Assembly: GCA_023622945.1 (NCBI GenBank)
Contig: JAMNYG010000144.1
Span: forward strand, 8,520 to 72,519
DNA length: 64,000 nt
From: Bacillota bacterium
GTDB lineage: Bacteria > Bacillota > Clostridia > Acetivibrionales > JAMNYG01
Direction: 5' to 3'
In this document: piece after piece, positions 1-9,620 of the stretch
Numbering within the stretch: the stretch's first letter is position 1
Layout: each line of letters opens with the position of its first letter
The notes under the pieces: model-generated
What the model was told of the DNA's origin: nothing
The model's input: the letters and a program-made list of their open reading frames with translations, nothing else
Database searches by the model: none
Position numbers and translations under genes: made by a program

Positions 1-825
1 CATTCCAGCTTCAACCAGACCGTTACTGCGACAGGCAGGATCAGCAGCACGGAGCCCAACCTCCAGAACATACCGATAAAGCTTGAATTGGGCAGAAAAA
101 TAAGAAGGGTCTTTATACCAAGTTCAGATGAATATATTCTCCTGGATGCAGATTATTCCCAGATTGAGCTGAGGGTCCTGGCTCACATTACAGGAGATGA
201 ACACATGATTGCGGCTTTTGAAAATAATGAGGACATTCATGCTTCCACAGCGGCAAAGGTATTCGGAGTATCAAAGGATCAGGTCACTCCCCTCATGAGG
301 TCCAGGGCAAAGGCAATAAATTTCGGGATTGTGTATGGAATCGGAGATTTTAGCCTTTCCAGGGACCTGGGTATAACAAGAAAGGAAGCCCGCAGGTATA
401 TTGATGAATATTTGAATACGTATCCCAAAGTCAGGCAGTACATGCATGACATTGTGGAACAGGGAAAAACATTCGGATTTGTTACCACCCTCTTTAACAG
501 GAGAAGGTATCTGCCCGAGCTGAAATCAAGGAATTTCAATACCAGGGCTTTTGGTGAAAGGGTGGCACTGAATACGCCCATTCAGGGAAGCGCTGCGGAC
601 ATAATCAAAATTGCCATGGTAAAGGTGTACAGGGAACTGAAAAGAAGAAAGCTGAGGTCCAGGCTTATTCTCCAGGTGCATGATGAGCTGATAATAGAAG
701 CCCATAAGGATGAAAAGGAAGAAGTGGAGCACATTTTGGCTGACAGCATGGAAAATGCTGTCAAGCTTCGGGTTCCTCTTAGGGTGGATGTAAAGTCCGG
801 TTCCAACTGGTATGAAACAAAATGA
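1..825 (+). CDS. polA: DNA polymerase I, C-terminal part (5' end outside window)
   Basis: Family A polymerase motifs DYSQIELR, RSRAKAINFGIVYG, NTPIQGSAAD, LQVHDEL; frame is open from the window start. Confidence 0.97.
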   Translation, partial: HSSFNQTVTATGRISSTEPNLQNIPIKLELGRKIRRVFIPSSDEYILLDADYSQIELRVLAHITGDEHMIAAFENNEDIHASTAAKVFGVSKDQVTPLMRSRAKAINFGIVYGIGDFSLSRDLGITRKEARRYIDEYLNTYPKVRQYMHDIVEQGKTFGFVTTLFNRRRYLPELKSRNFNTRAFGERVALNTPIQGSAADIIKIAMVKVYRELKRRKLRSRLILQVHDELIIEAHKDEKEEVEHILADSMENAVKLRVPLRVDVKSGSNWYETK

Positions 826-841
826 CGGAGGTGCGACGGGT

Positions 842-1459
842 TTGTTTGTAATAGGATTGACCGGAGGAACCGGAAGCGGGAAGAGCACGGTTGCGTCCAT
901 ACTTTCACGGTATGGAGGAAAAGTCATTGACGCTGATTTGATTGCCAGGGAAGTGGTAGCAAGGGGAAGCAAGGCATTGGAGGAGCTGGTTGAGTATTTT
1001 GGCAGGGAAATACTGGATGAAGACAGAAATCTCAACCGGAAAAAGCTGGCTCAGATGGTTTTCACCGATAGAGAAAAACTTCAGTTACTGAATAATATCA
1101 CCCACAAGTATATTGTTGAAAGGATGCTTGAAGAACTGGAAAAGTTAAAATCCGAGGGAAATGCAAGGTTTATAGTTATAGATGCCCCGATACCTGTAGA
1201 GCATGGTTTTTTGGACGTTGCGGATACGGTCTGGGTTGTTGCGGCAGACCCTGATCAAAGGATAAGAAGGATCATGGAAAGAAGTGATTTGACATATGAA
1301 GAAGCAGTCAACAGAATAAATTCTCAGATAAGCCAGGAGGACTATATTAAAATAGCCCACGAAGTGATATACAACAACGGCACCTTTGAGCAACTTGAAA
1401 AGGAAACGCTATGCCTGCTTGAAAAAACTGAAAGGGATTTGGCAAACAATAGGATTTGA
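842..1459 (+). CDS. coaE: Dephospho-CoA kinase
   Basis: IGLTGGTGSGKST P-loop, IDADLIAREVV; GGAGGT RBS before TTG 842; conserved polA-coaE order. Confidence 0.95.
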   Translation: MFVIGLTGGTGSGKSTVASILSRYGGKVIDADLIAREVVARGSKALEELVEYFGREILDEDRNLNRKKLAQMVFTDREKLQLLNNITHKYIVERMLEELEKLKSEGNARFIVIDAPIPVEHGFLDVADTVWVVAADPDQRIRRIMERSDLTYEEAVNRINSQISQEDYIKIAHEVIYNNGTFEQLEKETLCLLEKTERDLANNRI

Positions 1460-1517
1460 CAAAAAGCAAATCATGTTTTCTTTGTCTGAACTGAAAGCCG
1501 GGGTTAAGGTGAGGGAA

Positions 1518-2618
1518 ATGTACGGTACTGGCCGGGCCAAGTTAAGAAGAAAATTAAACCAGGCATATGAATCAAGAATAAATCAAGTGTATAAACCAAT
1601 TATAACCGTTTTTAGGTGGTCGTCTGTAGTTGCCATACTTTTGTTGTATTTTTTCAACATTAACACCGTCTCATCAAGAATTGCTTTCCTGTCCGTGTTT
1701 TCTGTTTCGGTTTTGTATAATGCCATTGTATCCATGTATATTTCAAAGGAAACCTTTAATGAAAAACGAAGCCCATTGATAGCATACCTGGATATTTTGC
1801 TGATATCTTTTTTCTGCTATCATATACGGGGAATTGATTCGGATCTTTATGTTTTGTATTTTTTAGTAATAAAATACTGTGTAATATTTAGCGACAGCGC
1901 CAACACTATCTATATATCCCTTTTTGCCATAACCTGTTATTTGCTGACCTGCATCCTACATTCGATAAAAAGCGGGGAAGAAATCAGGTGGATAAGACTT
2001 ATAATAAAATGCATGCTGATAATGCTTGATGCAGTCGGCACATCCATAATAAGAAAAGAGATCAGAATGTATAACAAGCTTCACAGGCAGGAATTCAGGC
2101 TGGCAAGGATTGACAGGCTTACCGGACTAGCCAACAGGCGTTATCTGGAGCAGAAGCTGAAGGAAGAAACAACATATGCTGATTCATCGGGAGGCCGGAT
2201 TAATATCCTGCTTTTCGATCTTGACAACTTCAAGAAGTATAACGATACTTACGGACATATTCTGGGAGACAGTGTGTTGTTTGAGTTTTCACGAATAATA
2301 AGGGAAGTCATACGGAAATCCGATGTTGCAGTAAGATACGGCGGAGAAGAGTTTATGGTCCTGATCCGGGATATCGACATTGTTATAGCAAAAAGCGTGG
2401 CGGAGAGGATCAGAAGGAAGCTTGAAGAGAGGAATATATGCATTAAGGATCAGGACAACCTTATCAGGATGACGGTGAGCTGCGGAATTGCCCAGTATCC
2501 TACACATGCATGCGATATAAGGACGGCTATAGATTGTGCGGATAAAGCCCTGTACCACGCAAAGAAGATGGGGAGAAATAAAGTGGTGTGCTATGATGAG
2601 GTTATGAGTCAGGCATAA
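1518..2618 (+). CDS. Membrane-bound diguanylate cyclase (GGDEF domain)
   Basis: N-terminal hydrophobic helices; DRLTGLANRR, DLDNFKKYNDTYGH, RKSD I-site, RYGGEEF. Confidence 0.9.
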   Translation: MYGTGRAKLRRKLNQAYESRINQVYKPIITVFRWSSVVAILLLYFFNINTVSSRIAFLSVFSVSVLYNAIVSMYISKETFNEKRSPLIAYLDILLISFFCYHIRGIDSDLYVLYFLVIKYCVIFSDSANTIYISLFAITCYLLTCILHSIKSGEEIRWIRLIIKCMLIMLDAVGTSIIRKEIRMYNKLHRQEFRLARIDRLTGLANRRYLEQKLKEETTYADSSGGRINILLFDLDNFKKYNDTYGHILGDSVLFEFSRIIREVIRKSDVAVRYGGEEFMVLIRDIDIVIAKSVAERIRRKLEERNICIKDQDNLIRMTVSCGIAQYPTHACDIRTAIDCADKALYHAKKMGRNKVVCYDEVMSQA

Positions 2619-2686
2619 ACGATTAAAATTAAGTGAGCGGAAAGATTGCATAAATGATTGAGGAAAACTGCCATAAATGATTGAAG

Positions 2687-2715
2687 GAAAGAAGGGAATG
2701 AACTCCCTTCTTTTC
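2687..2715. terminator. Probable bidirectional intrinsic terminator
   Basis: GAAAGAAGGGA-loop-TCCCTTCTTTTC hairpin between the convergent GGDEF gene and aroF. Confidence 0.65.
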
Positions 2716-2730
2716 AGTTAAAATCAATTC

Positions 2731-3744
2731 TCATAATTTTCTGCCTACGGCAGCTGCTACCGGCTCCAATTCTTTCATCAGCTGAGCAAACTTTTCAGGC
2801 TTGAGGGACTGGGGACCGTCGCAGAGGGCTGAACTTGGATCAGGATGGACTTCTATTATCAGTCCGTCAGCTCCCGTAGCCACTGCGCCCCTGGAAAGGG
2901 CACTTACATATTTCCAGGATCCGGTTCCATGGCTTGGATCTACAATGATGGGAAGGTGCGAAAGCTCCTTAACTACGGGGATTGCACTCATATCTATGGT
3001 GTTTCTTGTTGCCGTCTCAAAAGTGCGTATGCCCCTTTCGCAGAGTATTATATTGTTGTTGCCTTCAGCAGCGATATACTCTGCAGCCATGAGCCATTCT
3101 TCTATGGTTGCGGAAAGCCCTCTTTTCAGAAGCACCGGCTTCTCAATCATTCCTACCTCTTTAAGGAGCCGGAAATTCTGCATGTTTCGTGCTCCAATCT
3201 GAATTATGTCTGCGTAGGATGCTACCAGCTCGACGTCTCGTGTATCCACCACTTCGGTCACAATTTTAAGGCCTGTGGCTTCCCGTGCTGCCGCCATGAT
3301 TTTAAGACCTTCTTCTTCAAGACCCTGGAAGGAGTAAGGTGAGGTGCGGGGCTTAAAAGCTCCTCCTCTCAAAATTTTGGCTCCTGCCTCTTTTACTTTC
3401 ATAGCCGTATCTATCAGGCTTTCTTCGCTTTCGATGGCACATGGGCCGGCGATTACCACTATCTCATTGCTTCCGAATTTTACATCGCCCACTTCCACTA
3501 TGGTAGGTATCTGTTTAAGCTCGCGCCCCACAAGCTTGTAGGGTTTCATAATAGGTACAATGGTTTCCACACCGGGCATGGTGAGAAGCAATTGGGTATT
3601 CAGGGATCTTTTGTCACCTATTGCACCTATTACAGTCTTCACTTCTCCAAATATGGGATGAGTTCTAAAGCCCATTTGGGTCAATTTCTTTTCTACGTTT
3701 TCAATTTGCTCTCTTGTGGCTTTTGAACTCATTACAACTATCAT
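2731..3744 (-). CDS. aroF: DAHP synthase (type I-beta, N-terminal ACT-like domain)
   Basis: [43 protein letters not shown]. Confidence 0.95.
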   Translation of the reverse strand: MIVVMSSKATREQIENVEKKLTQMGFRTHPIFGEVKTVIGAIGDKRSLNTQLLLTMPGVETIVPIMKPYKLVGRELKQIPTIVEVGDVKFGSNEIVVIAGPCAIESEESLIDTAMKVKEAGAKILRGGAFKPRTSPYSFQGLEEEGLKIMAAAREATGLKIVTEVVDTRDVELVASYADIIQIGARNMQNFRLLKEVGMIEKPVLLKRGLSATIEEWLMAAEYIAAEGNNNIILCERGIRTFETATRNTIDMSAIPVVKELSHLPIIVDPSHGTGSWKYVSALSRGAVATGADGLIIEVHPDPSSALCDGPQSLKPEKFAQLMKELEPVAAAVGRKL

Positions 3745-3851
3745 GACAAATCCTCCTTATCCTTGAAATTTATTGTTTTGCACTCTTTGAAAGATGTATT
3801 GTCAAACGGTTTGTTTAAATTGCCTCATGCTAAAATTAATTTCCTTATACT

Positions 3852-4120
3852 AAAAAACTCCTCATCCCAAAGATAAGGGACGAGGAGTCTATCCACGCGG
3901 TACCACCCTAATAGGCACAAATGCCCACTCAGCCATGTACAGGAGAACAAATGTCCGATACATGCTTCCCTTTAACGGTGGAAATCCGATCCAGCCTACT
4001 TTAGTCCGGTTCAGCCGATAGCTCAAAGGAGAACTTCACTTACGCTTCCCTGTCGGGCTCACACCATCCCCGATTCGCTTTAAGGTCACACGTAAGCTAC
4101 TTTTCCTCATCATTGCCTTT
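3852..4120 (-). promoter_or_regulatory. T-box riboswitch leader of aroF, probable Phe (UUC) specifier
   Basis: Minus strand shows AGGGTGGTACCGCG T-box, then terminator ACTCCTCGTCCC...GGGATGAGGAGT-TTTT; stem I has AGTA and GAAG-TTC-TCC. Confidence 0.9.
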
Positions 4121-4300
4121 ATCAGAATATAAAATTTATACAATATTAACATGGGACAAAGCGATGTGTCAATATGTTTTGATCAAAGGACGCCTTTTTA
4201 ATTTTATGGCATCATTGCATACAATTGTAGAATTATGGTATTATAATTGTAATATTAAAGCTCCTATTACGTGATGATTATTTATTATACGGAGGATACC

Positions 4301-4750
4301 ATGAGTGAGCATCAGATAGTATTGTTGGGTCTGAATGAAGAAACTTACGGGGTTGATTCCGGGCAAATTCAGTTGATATTGAATTGTGATAAGATTTCTG
4401 AAAAAGAAGGCATGCCGGAATTTCTGAGAGGTTTTTCGGTTTACCAGGGAAGGGAAATCCCTGTAGTCAGCATGGCAAGAAGATTAGGCCTTGATGACAC
4501 GGTATTGACCAAAAAATCCAAAATCCTGGTTGCTGTGATTGAAGGAATGCAAATAGGGTTTTTGGCAGACAGGATATCGGAAATTATAAAACTGTCAGAG
4601 GAGGACATTGAACCTGTTCCCGGGCTTCTCAGGGATTTTGGCGTAAAGTACCTAAAAGGAGTAGGGAAGAGAGGAGACCAGCTGGTAATTATATTGGATC
4701 TTGAAAAACTGCTTGATGGCCATGAAGTCGGGCAGTTAAAAATCAGTTAA
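4301..4750 (+). CDS. cheW: CheW-like chemotaxis coupling protein (orphan)
   Basis: PEFLRG...GREIPVV, IGFLADRISEII, YLKGVGK...LVIILDLEKLL; GGAGG RBS. Confidence 0.8.
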   Translation: MSEHQIVLLGLNEETYGVDSGQIQLILNCDKISEKEGMPEFLRGFSVYQGREIPVVSMARRLGLDDTVLTKKSKILVAVIEGMQIGFLADRISEIIKLSEEDIEPVPGLLRDFGVKYLKGVGKRGDQLVIILDLEKLLDGHEVGQLKIS

Positions 4751-4819
4751 AGGTCCTGCATTCGTAAAATGTTGAAGGTCCTGCAAGAGTAAAATCATGA
4801 ATAAAACACGGGATGCAGT

Positions 4820-4846
4820 GCCGGGCTTTTTGCAAAAAAGCCCGGC
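4820..4846. terminator. Hairpin between convergent cheW and ychF
   Basis: GCCGGGCTTTTT-GCA-AAAAAGCCCGGC inverted repeat. Confidence 0.55.
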
Positions 4847-4884
4847 GTAAATATTATGCTGCGGAAAAATTATACTCCGCTTAT

Positions 4885-5979
4885 TTATACATTGAAGCGG
4901 AACAGAGTGACATCTCCGTCCTGCATGACATAATCTTTTCCTTCCAAACGCACCAGGCCCTTTTCCCTTGCGGCATTATAGGAACCGCATTCCATAAGGT
5001 CATCGTAAGAAACAATCTCAGCTCGTATGAAACCTTTTTCAAAATCGCTGTGAATTTTTCCCGCTGCCTGGGGAGCCTTGGTTCCTTTCTTTATGGTCCA
5101 TGCCCTGACTTCCTTGGGGCCGGCGGTAAGAAAGCTTATCAGGCCGAGAAGCCTGTAACTTGCCTTTACCAGCCTGTCAAGCCCTGATTCTGATAATCCC
5201 AGTTCCCTTAAGAATTCTTTTTTCTCTTCATCATCAAGCTGGGCGATCTCTTCTTCTATCCTGGCACATACGACGATAACCTCAGAGTTTTCTTTGGCAG
5301 CAAATTCCTTCAGCTGGTGCACATACTTGTTGTCCTCTCCCTGCTGCAGATCTTCTTCGGATACATTGGCTGCGTAGAGGACAGGCTTGGTAGTAAGAAG
5401 AAACAACTGATCGACCGTTTCCTGCTCTTCAGTGCTGAAATTCATTGTTCTTGCCGGAATCCCTTTTTCAAGGTTTGCCTTTATGTTTTCCAGGAGTTCA
5501 AGCTCAGCATGATATTTCTTATCTCCCGACTTCAGCATCTTTTTGGTACGATCTATTCTTTTTTCAAGGGTTTCAAGATCTGAAAAGATAAGTTCCAGAT
5601 TTATGGTTTCTATATCGCGAAGAGGGTTTATTGAACCTTCCACATGCACAATATTGCTGTCTTCAAAGCATCTTACCACATGAACAATGGCATCAACCTC
5701 GCGAATATGGGACAGAAACTTGTTCCCAAGACCTTCTCCCTTGCTTGCCCCTTTAACAAGCCCGGCAATGTCCACAAATTCGATGGTTGTGGGAGTTACT
5801 TTTTCCGGATTGTACATCTCTGCCAGCTTTTCAAGTCTCGGGTCGGGAACGGCAACAATTCCCACATTGGGTTCAATGGTACAGAAAGGGTAATTGGCGC
5901 ACTCGGCTCCTGCTTTTGTTATTGCGTTAAAAAGTGTGCTTTTCCCTACATTTGGCAGGCCTACTATACCTAGCTTCAT
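4885..5979 (-). CDS. ychF: Ribosome-binding ATPase YchF
   Basis: [33 protein letters not shown]-terminal TGS domain. Confidence 0.97.
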   Translation of the reverse strand: MKLGIVGLPNVGKSTLFNAITKAGAECANYPFCTIEPNVGIVAVPDPRLEKLAEMYNPEKVTPTTIEFVDIAGLVKGASKGEGLGNKFLSHIREVDAIVHVVRCFEDSNIVHVEGSINPLRDIETINLELIFSDLETLEKRIDRTKKMLKSGDKKYHAELELLENIKANLEKGIPARTMNFSTEEQETVDQLFLLTTKPVLYAANVSEEDLQQGEDNKYVHQLKEFAAKENSEVIVVCARIEEEIAQLDDEEKKEFLRELGLSESGLDRLVKASYRLLGLISFLTAGPKEVRAWTIKKGTKAPQAAGKIHSDFEKGFIRAEIVSYDDLMECGSYNAAREKGLVRLEGKDYVMQDGDVTLFRFNV

Positions 5980-6170
5980 TTGCTTCATCTTTCCTTTCAC
6001 TGCGAATAATGTGCATAAAAAACAGCCACATTTTTTAATGGCTGTTCTTACAGTCATGTATGTCAATTATCATGTTTTCATGTAAGATTATATATTATGT
6101 GGGCAGGTTATGCAAGATGGAATAAGGCATTAAGTTATCTTTCCATCAATTATTGTTTTGACACAACCGG

Positions 6171-6950
6171 TTAAGTGATGAGCGCTGCCGCAATTCCCGC
6201 CAGTACAAAGGATGCCATGATAATGATGGCAATATAATCCGCATTGCCCATGCTGCAATCCTTGTAACATGAGCGCTTTCCTGAGCCGAATCCCCTTACT
6301 TCCATTGAAATGGCAAGGAGCCGGCTTTTTTGAATGGATGTGATCAGAAGGGGAATTGCAAGGGGTATAATAATCAAAAACTTTCTAAACGGATTTTTAG
6401 TGTCCGAATTATATCCTCTTGACATCTGGGCCTGCATGACCTGGTTCATTTCATCTATGAAAGAAGGTATAAACTTAAGGGCTATTGTGAGCATAAGCGA
6501 ATATTTGTATGGCAGCCTCAGCTTTTCGGTCATGGCCGTTATTATATCCGACATAGGTGTGGTCATCAGAAGTATCGGAACGGTTGACGCAGTGGAAAGC
6601 ATTCTGAGGGATATCAAAACACAAAGCCTAATTCCTCTGTCCGTTACAGGTCCTAATCTGAACCAGGGTAAGGCATAAAGCACGACGGTGCCTTCTTTGA
6701 TGAAAAAAACCTGGCAGAGGCTGAGAATAGTGCAGAAAACCAGGAGCCCTCTTAAGATGGGATACATTTGCCTGATAATGTTTCCTGTCGCGGCAATGAC
6801 CAGGTTGACAATAAAAACCGACAAGACTGCCAAAGGGTTTTCGGTTAAAAAGCAAACAATCATAACCGAGAATGTCCACAGAATCTTTGTAATTGGATTT
6901 AATCTGTGAAATATGCTGTTTCCGGGAATATATTCAACAAACGCTGACAT
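6171..6950 (-). CDS. ECF transporter transmembrane T component
   Basis: HRLNPITK start, AQMSRG and SMEVRGF X-R-G motifs, hydrophobic. Confidence 0.9.
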   Translation of the reverse strand: MSAFVEYIPGNSIFHRLNPITKILWTFSVMIVCFLTENPLAVLSVFIVNLVIAATGNIIRQMYPILRGLLVFCTILSLCQVFFIKEGTVVLYALPWFRLGPVTDRGIRLCVLISLRMLSTASTVPILLMTTPMSDIITAMTEKLRLPYKYSLMLTIALKFIPSFIDEMNQVMQAQMSRGYNSDTKNPFRKFLIIIPLAIPLLITSIQKSRLLAISMEVRGFGSGKRSCYKDCSMGNADYIAIIIMASFVLAGIAAALIT

Positions 6951-7062
6951 CTTTTCTTCCTCCGGGTATGCAAGATTCAACAAACGCTGACATTTTTACT
7001 TTCTTCCGGGTATGCATGATTCAACCAATGCTGACATTTTTACTTCCCTCCAGATGCGCAAG
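6932..7062. repeat. Three tandem 43-44 bp imperfect repeats at the ATPase/EcfT junction
   Basis: ATTCAACAAACGCTGACAT...CCGGGTATGCAAG-like units starting at 6932, 6975 and 7019. Confidence 0.85.
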
Positions 7063-7857
7063 CAATTGCCTAAACATATCTTCTACGGTATGAACATTCC
7101 AGAAAAGGCCGTACTTGCGAAACATGTATGACAACATATAAATCTGGGGAGGTTTCAATCCGCTTGATGCAAGGATTTCCGGACTGGCCATTACCGATTC
7201 GGTTCTTCCGTCCAGATGAATGGTGCCGTTACGGAGAACTATTATACGCTTGGCATATAAAGCAGCCAGTTCCATGTCGTGGGTTACCATTATTATGGTC
7301 TTGCCCTGCTCATTCAGCTCCCTGACCGTATCCATTATCTTGATGCTTTCAATATAATCCTGACCCTTGGTAGGTTCATCAAGCACGATAATATCCGTTT
7401 CCAAAGCCAGGATTGAGGCAAAGGCTACTCTTTGTCTCTGACCCTTGCTAAGGGTAAGAGGATTGGAATCAAGAAGGGATTCAAGCCCTAATTTTTCTGC
7501 AGCTTTTTTTACACGCTGCCGGATATCCTCACGCCTGGTACTTATGTTTTTTAATCCGAAGGCAATTTCATCATATACAGTGGAGCAAAATATCTGATGG
7601 TCAGGGTTCTGGAACAAAAAACCCACGTATTTTGCCAACCTGCTTGTTTTTGTTTTTCTGGTGTCCATGCCGTTAACAAGCATTTTGCCTCCTGTAGGCT
7701 TGAGCAAACCGTTAAAATGCTTTAAAAGTGTAGTTTTGCCCGAACCGTTGGATCCGATGATTGCAATAAACTCTCCTTTCTTGATTTCAAAGCTTATGTT
7801 TTTTAAGACGTTGTTACCGTTCCTGTAAGTGTAGCAAACATTTTCCGCAAGAATCAT
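7021..7857 (-). CDS. ECF transporter ATPase
   Basis: GSNGSGKTT, FQNPDHQIF, LSKGQRQR, LDEPT, VTHDME. Confidence 0.92.
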   Translation of the reverse strand: MILAENVCYTYRNGNNVLKNISFEIKKGEFIAIIGSNGSGKTTLLKHFNGLLKPTGGKMLVNGMDTRKTKTSRLAKYVGFLFQNPDHQIFCSTVYDEIAFGLKNISTRREDIRQRVKKAAEKLGLESLLDSNPLTLSKGQRQRVAFASILALETDIIVLDEPTKGQDYIESIKIMDTVRELNEQGKTIIMVTHDMELAALYAKRIIVLRNGTIHLDGRTESVMASPEILASSGLKPPQIYMLSYMFRKYGLFWNVHTVEDMFRQLLAHLEGSKNVSIG

Positions 7858-7907
7858 TACACAACCTCCGGGCAAAAATATATGAATAACAGGATAAGAA
7901 AACTATT

Positions 7908-8762
7908 TTAATGCAGTATTTTTGGTTTCAGGATATAGCTTATGATATCAAAAGCTTCATCTATATTTACCGGGAATTCACCGTCGTAAAGACCCTTATC
8001 TCTTATGAGGTGCATCAGCTTTGCAACGGGAAAGCTGTCGATTCCCAGAAAATTCAGGACTTCCCGATTTGAAAGTATGCTCTTTACAGGGCCGTCCATC
8101 ATGATTTTTCCCTTATCCATGATGACCAGCCTTTGGCAGAATTCTGAAAGCAATTGAATTTTCTGTTCAATAACCACGACGGTAATGTTATGGTTGCTGT
8201 TCAGATTCTCCAGTGTTTTAAATACTTCCATGCTGCCCTGGGGGTCAAGTTCCGACGTAGGTTCATCAAGGATCAAAACCTTAGGCTTCAGTGCGATGGC
8301 AGATGCTATTGCCACCCTTTGTTTCTGTCCCCCTGACAAATGTGATGTGGAGCAGCGCTTAAGATGAGATATGCCAACCATCTTAAGGCTTTCGTCTATT
8401 CTCGATACCATTTCCTTTCTGGGTATGTTGAGATTTTCCAGACCAAAGGCTATCTCTTCTTCCACCGTGGAAAAAACAATTTGTGATTCCGGATCCTGGA
8501 ACACGCTTCCTACAGAGCAGGCCAGTTCTTTACAGCCGGCAGATGCAGTATCATAGCCGTCGACTATTACCGTCCCATGGAAACTTCCGTCCATGAAATG
8601 GGGAATAACTCCGTTAATGCAAAGGGCAAGTGTTGTCTTGCCGGCCCCTGCCGGTCCTGATATACCGACAAATTCTCCCCCGGCAACCCTGAGGTTTATG
8701 TTTTCCAATGCAGGGGATCCGGAACCGCTGTAGGTAAAGGTAAGATCATGGATTTCAATCAT
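7908..8762 (-). CDS. ECF transporter ATPase
   Basis: GPAGAGKTT, FQDPESQI, LSGGQKQR, LDEPTSELD. Confidence 0.92.
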   Translation of the reverse strand: MIEIHDLTFTYSGSGSPALENINLRVAGGEFVGISGPAGAGKTTLALCINGVIPHFMDGSFHGTVIVDGYDTASAGCKELACSVGSVFQDPESQIVFSTVEEEIAFGLENLNIPRKEMVSRIDESLKMVGISHLKRCSTSHLSGGQKQRVAIASAIALKPKVLILDEPTSELDPQGSMEVFKTLENLNSNHNITVVVIEQKIQLLSEFCQRLVIMDKGKIMMDGPVKSILSNREVLNFLGIDSFPVAKLMHLIRDKGLYDGEFPVNIDEAFDIISYILKPKILH

Positions 8763-8789
8763 TGTCCAATCCCTTTCTCACTATAAACT

Positions 8790-9350
8790 CTAAAGATTTC
8801 TTCCCAGAACCAGGCTGATCGGCTGATAAACCAGTTGCGACAGTATCATGTTTGCTACGGCAGTAACAAGTACTACCGTAAGCAGTGCTGTAAAGGCAGG
8901 ATTGGCACCGGCTCCTGAAAACAAAACAAGGATTTTCACCAAGGTAATGTACACAAGCCCGCTTGTAATGGTTCCTGCAAAGGTCACAACCGCAGGTTTG
9001 AATGTGTATTTCCTGACCGAAAGATTGAAGGGAATCATTGTCATAAGATAAGCAGCGATGGCTCCTGCAGGTTCGCTTACAAAGTTGAGGTAGGGAATAA
9101 TGGATTTTGTTGTGAGGTGGCAGACCATGGCAGCTACCAGCCCTATTCCCAGTACCTCCATGAACCTCGGCCTTATCAGGCAGATTGCCAGGCAGTACAT
9201 ACCGATGGTGAAATTGGGCGTAATGCCAAAAAACGGAGGACAGAAAATCCTTAAGACCGAACCTGCAGCCAGAAGTATGCCTATCATGGCAATGTCAACG
9301 GTGGTAAGGCTGCTTATTGACTTGACCTGACTTTGTTCAGCAAGTTTCAT
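8790..9350 (-). CDS. ECF S component, TrpP (tryptophan transporter)-like
   Basis: 186-aa hydrophobic protein; LLAAGSVLRIFCPPFFGITPNF resembles recalled TrpP N-terminus (AAIGAALHSIIPPFLGGMKPD); first gene of an S-A-A-T operon. Confidence 0.7.
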   Translation of the reverse strand: MKLAEQSQVKSISSLTTVDIAMIGILLAAGSVLRIFCPPFFGITPNFTIGMYCLAICLIRPRFMEVLGIGLVAAMVCHLTTKSIIPYLNFVSEPAGAIAAYLMTMIPFNLSVRKYTFKPAVVTFAGTITSGLVYITLVKILVLFSGAGANPAFTALLTVVLVTAVANMILSQLVYQPISLVLGRNL

Positions 9351-9433
9351 ACGATCATCTCCTTTAATTTTTTTATGGAGATGATGTTGAGAAAAAGAGA
9401 ATGGAAAAGACCATGCTTACAGACGTGCAACCC

Positions 9434-9465
9434 AAACAAAAACAGCCAAGATAAACCCGGCTGTT
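9434..9465 (-). terminator. Leader (attenuator) terminator of the ECF operon
   Basis: Minus strand AACAGCCGGG-loop-CTTGGCTGTT followed by TTTGTTT, between the NAG array and the start codon. Confidence 0.7.
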
Positions 9466-9484
9466 GTGAATTGTCTTAAATTGC

Positions 9485-9544
9485 CTCAGGCTCATCTCTT
9501 CTCCCATCAAACTATTCTCTTCTCGTCTCAACTCATCTCAACTT
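9485..9544 (-). promoter_or_regulatory. TRAP-like binding site (10 G/UAG plus 1 AAG)
   Basis: AAG tt GAG at GAG tt GAG ac GAG aa GAG aa TAG tttgatgg GAG aa GAG at GAG cct GAG. Confidence 0.8.
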
Positions 9545-9556
9545 ATAATTATGTAA

Positions 9557-9585
9557 ATATTAGCATGGATTCAGGTAACAGTCAA
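9557..9585 (-). promoter_or_regulatory. Sigma-A-type promoter of the ECF operon
   Basis: TTGACT-N17-TAATAT with TGn extension, just upstream of the NAG array. Confidence 0.6.
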
Positions 9586-9620
9586 TACCTGACTGCAAAT
9601 TTTTCCAAACTTTTCTGTAA

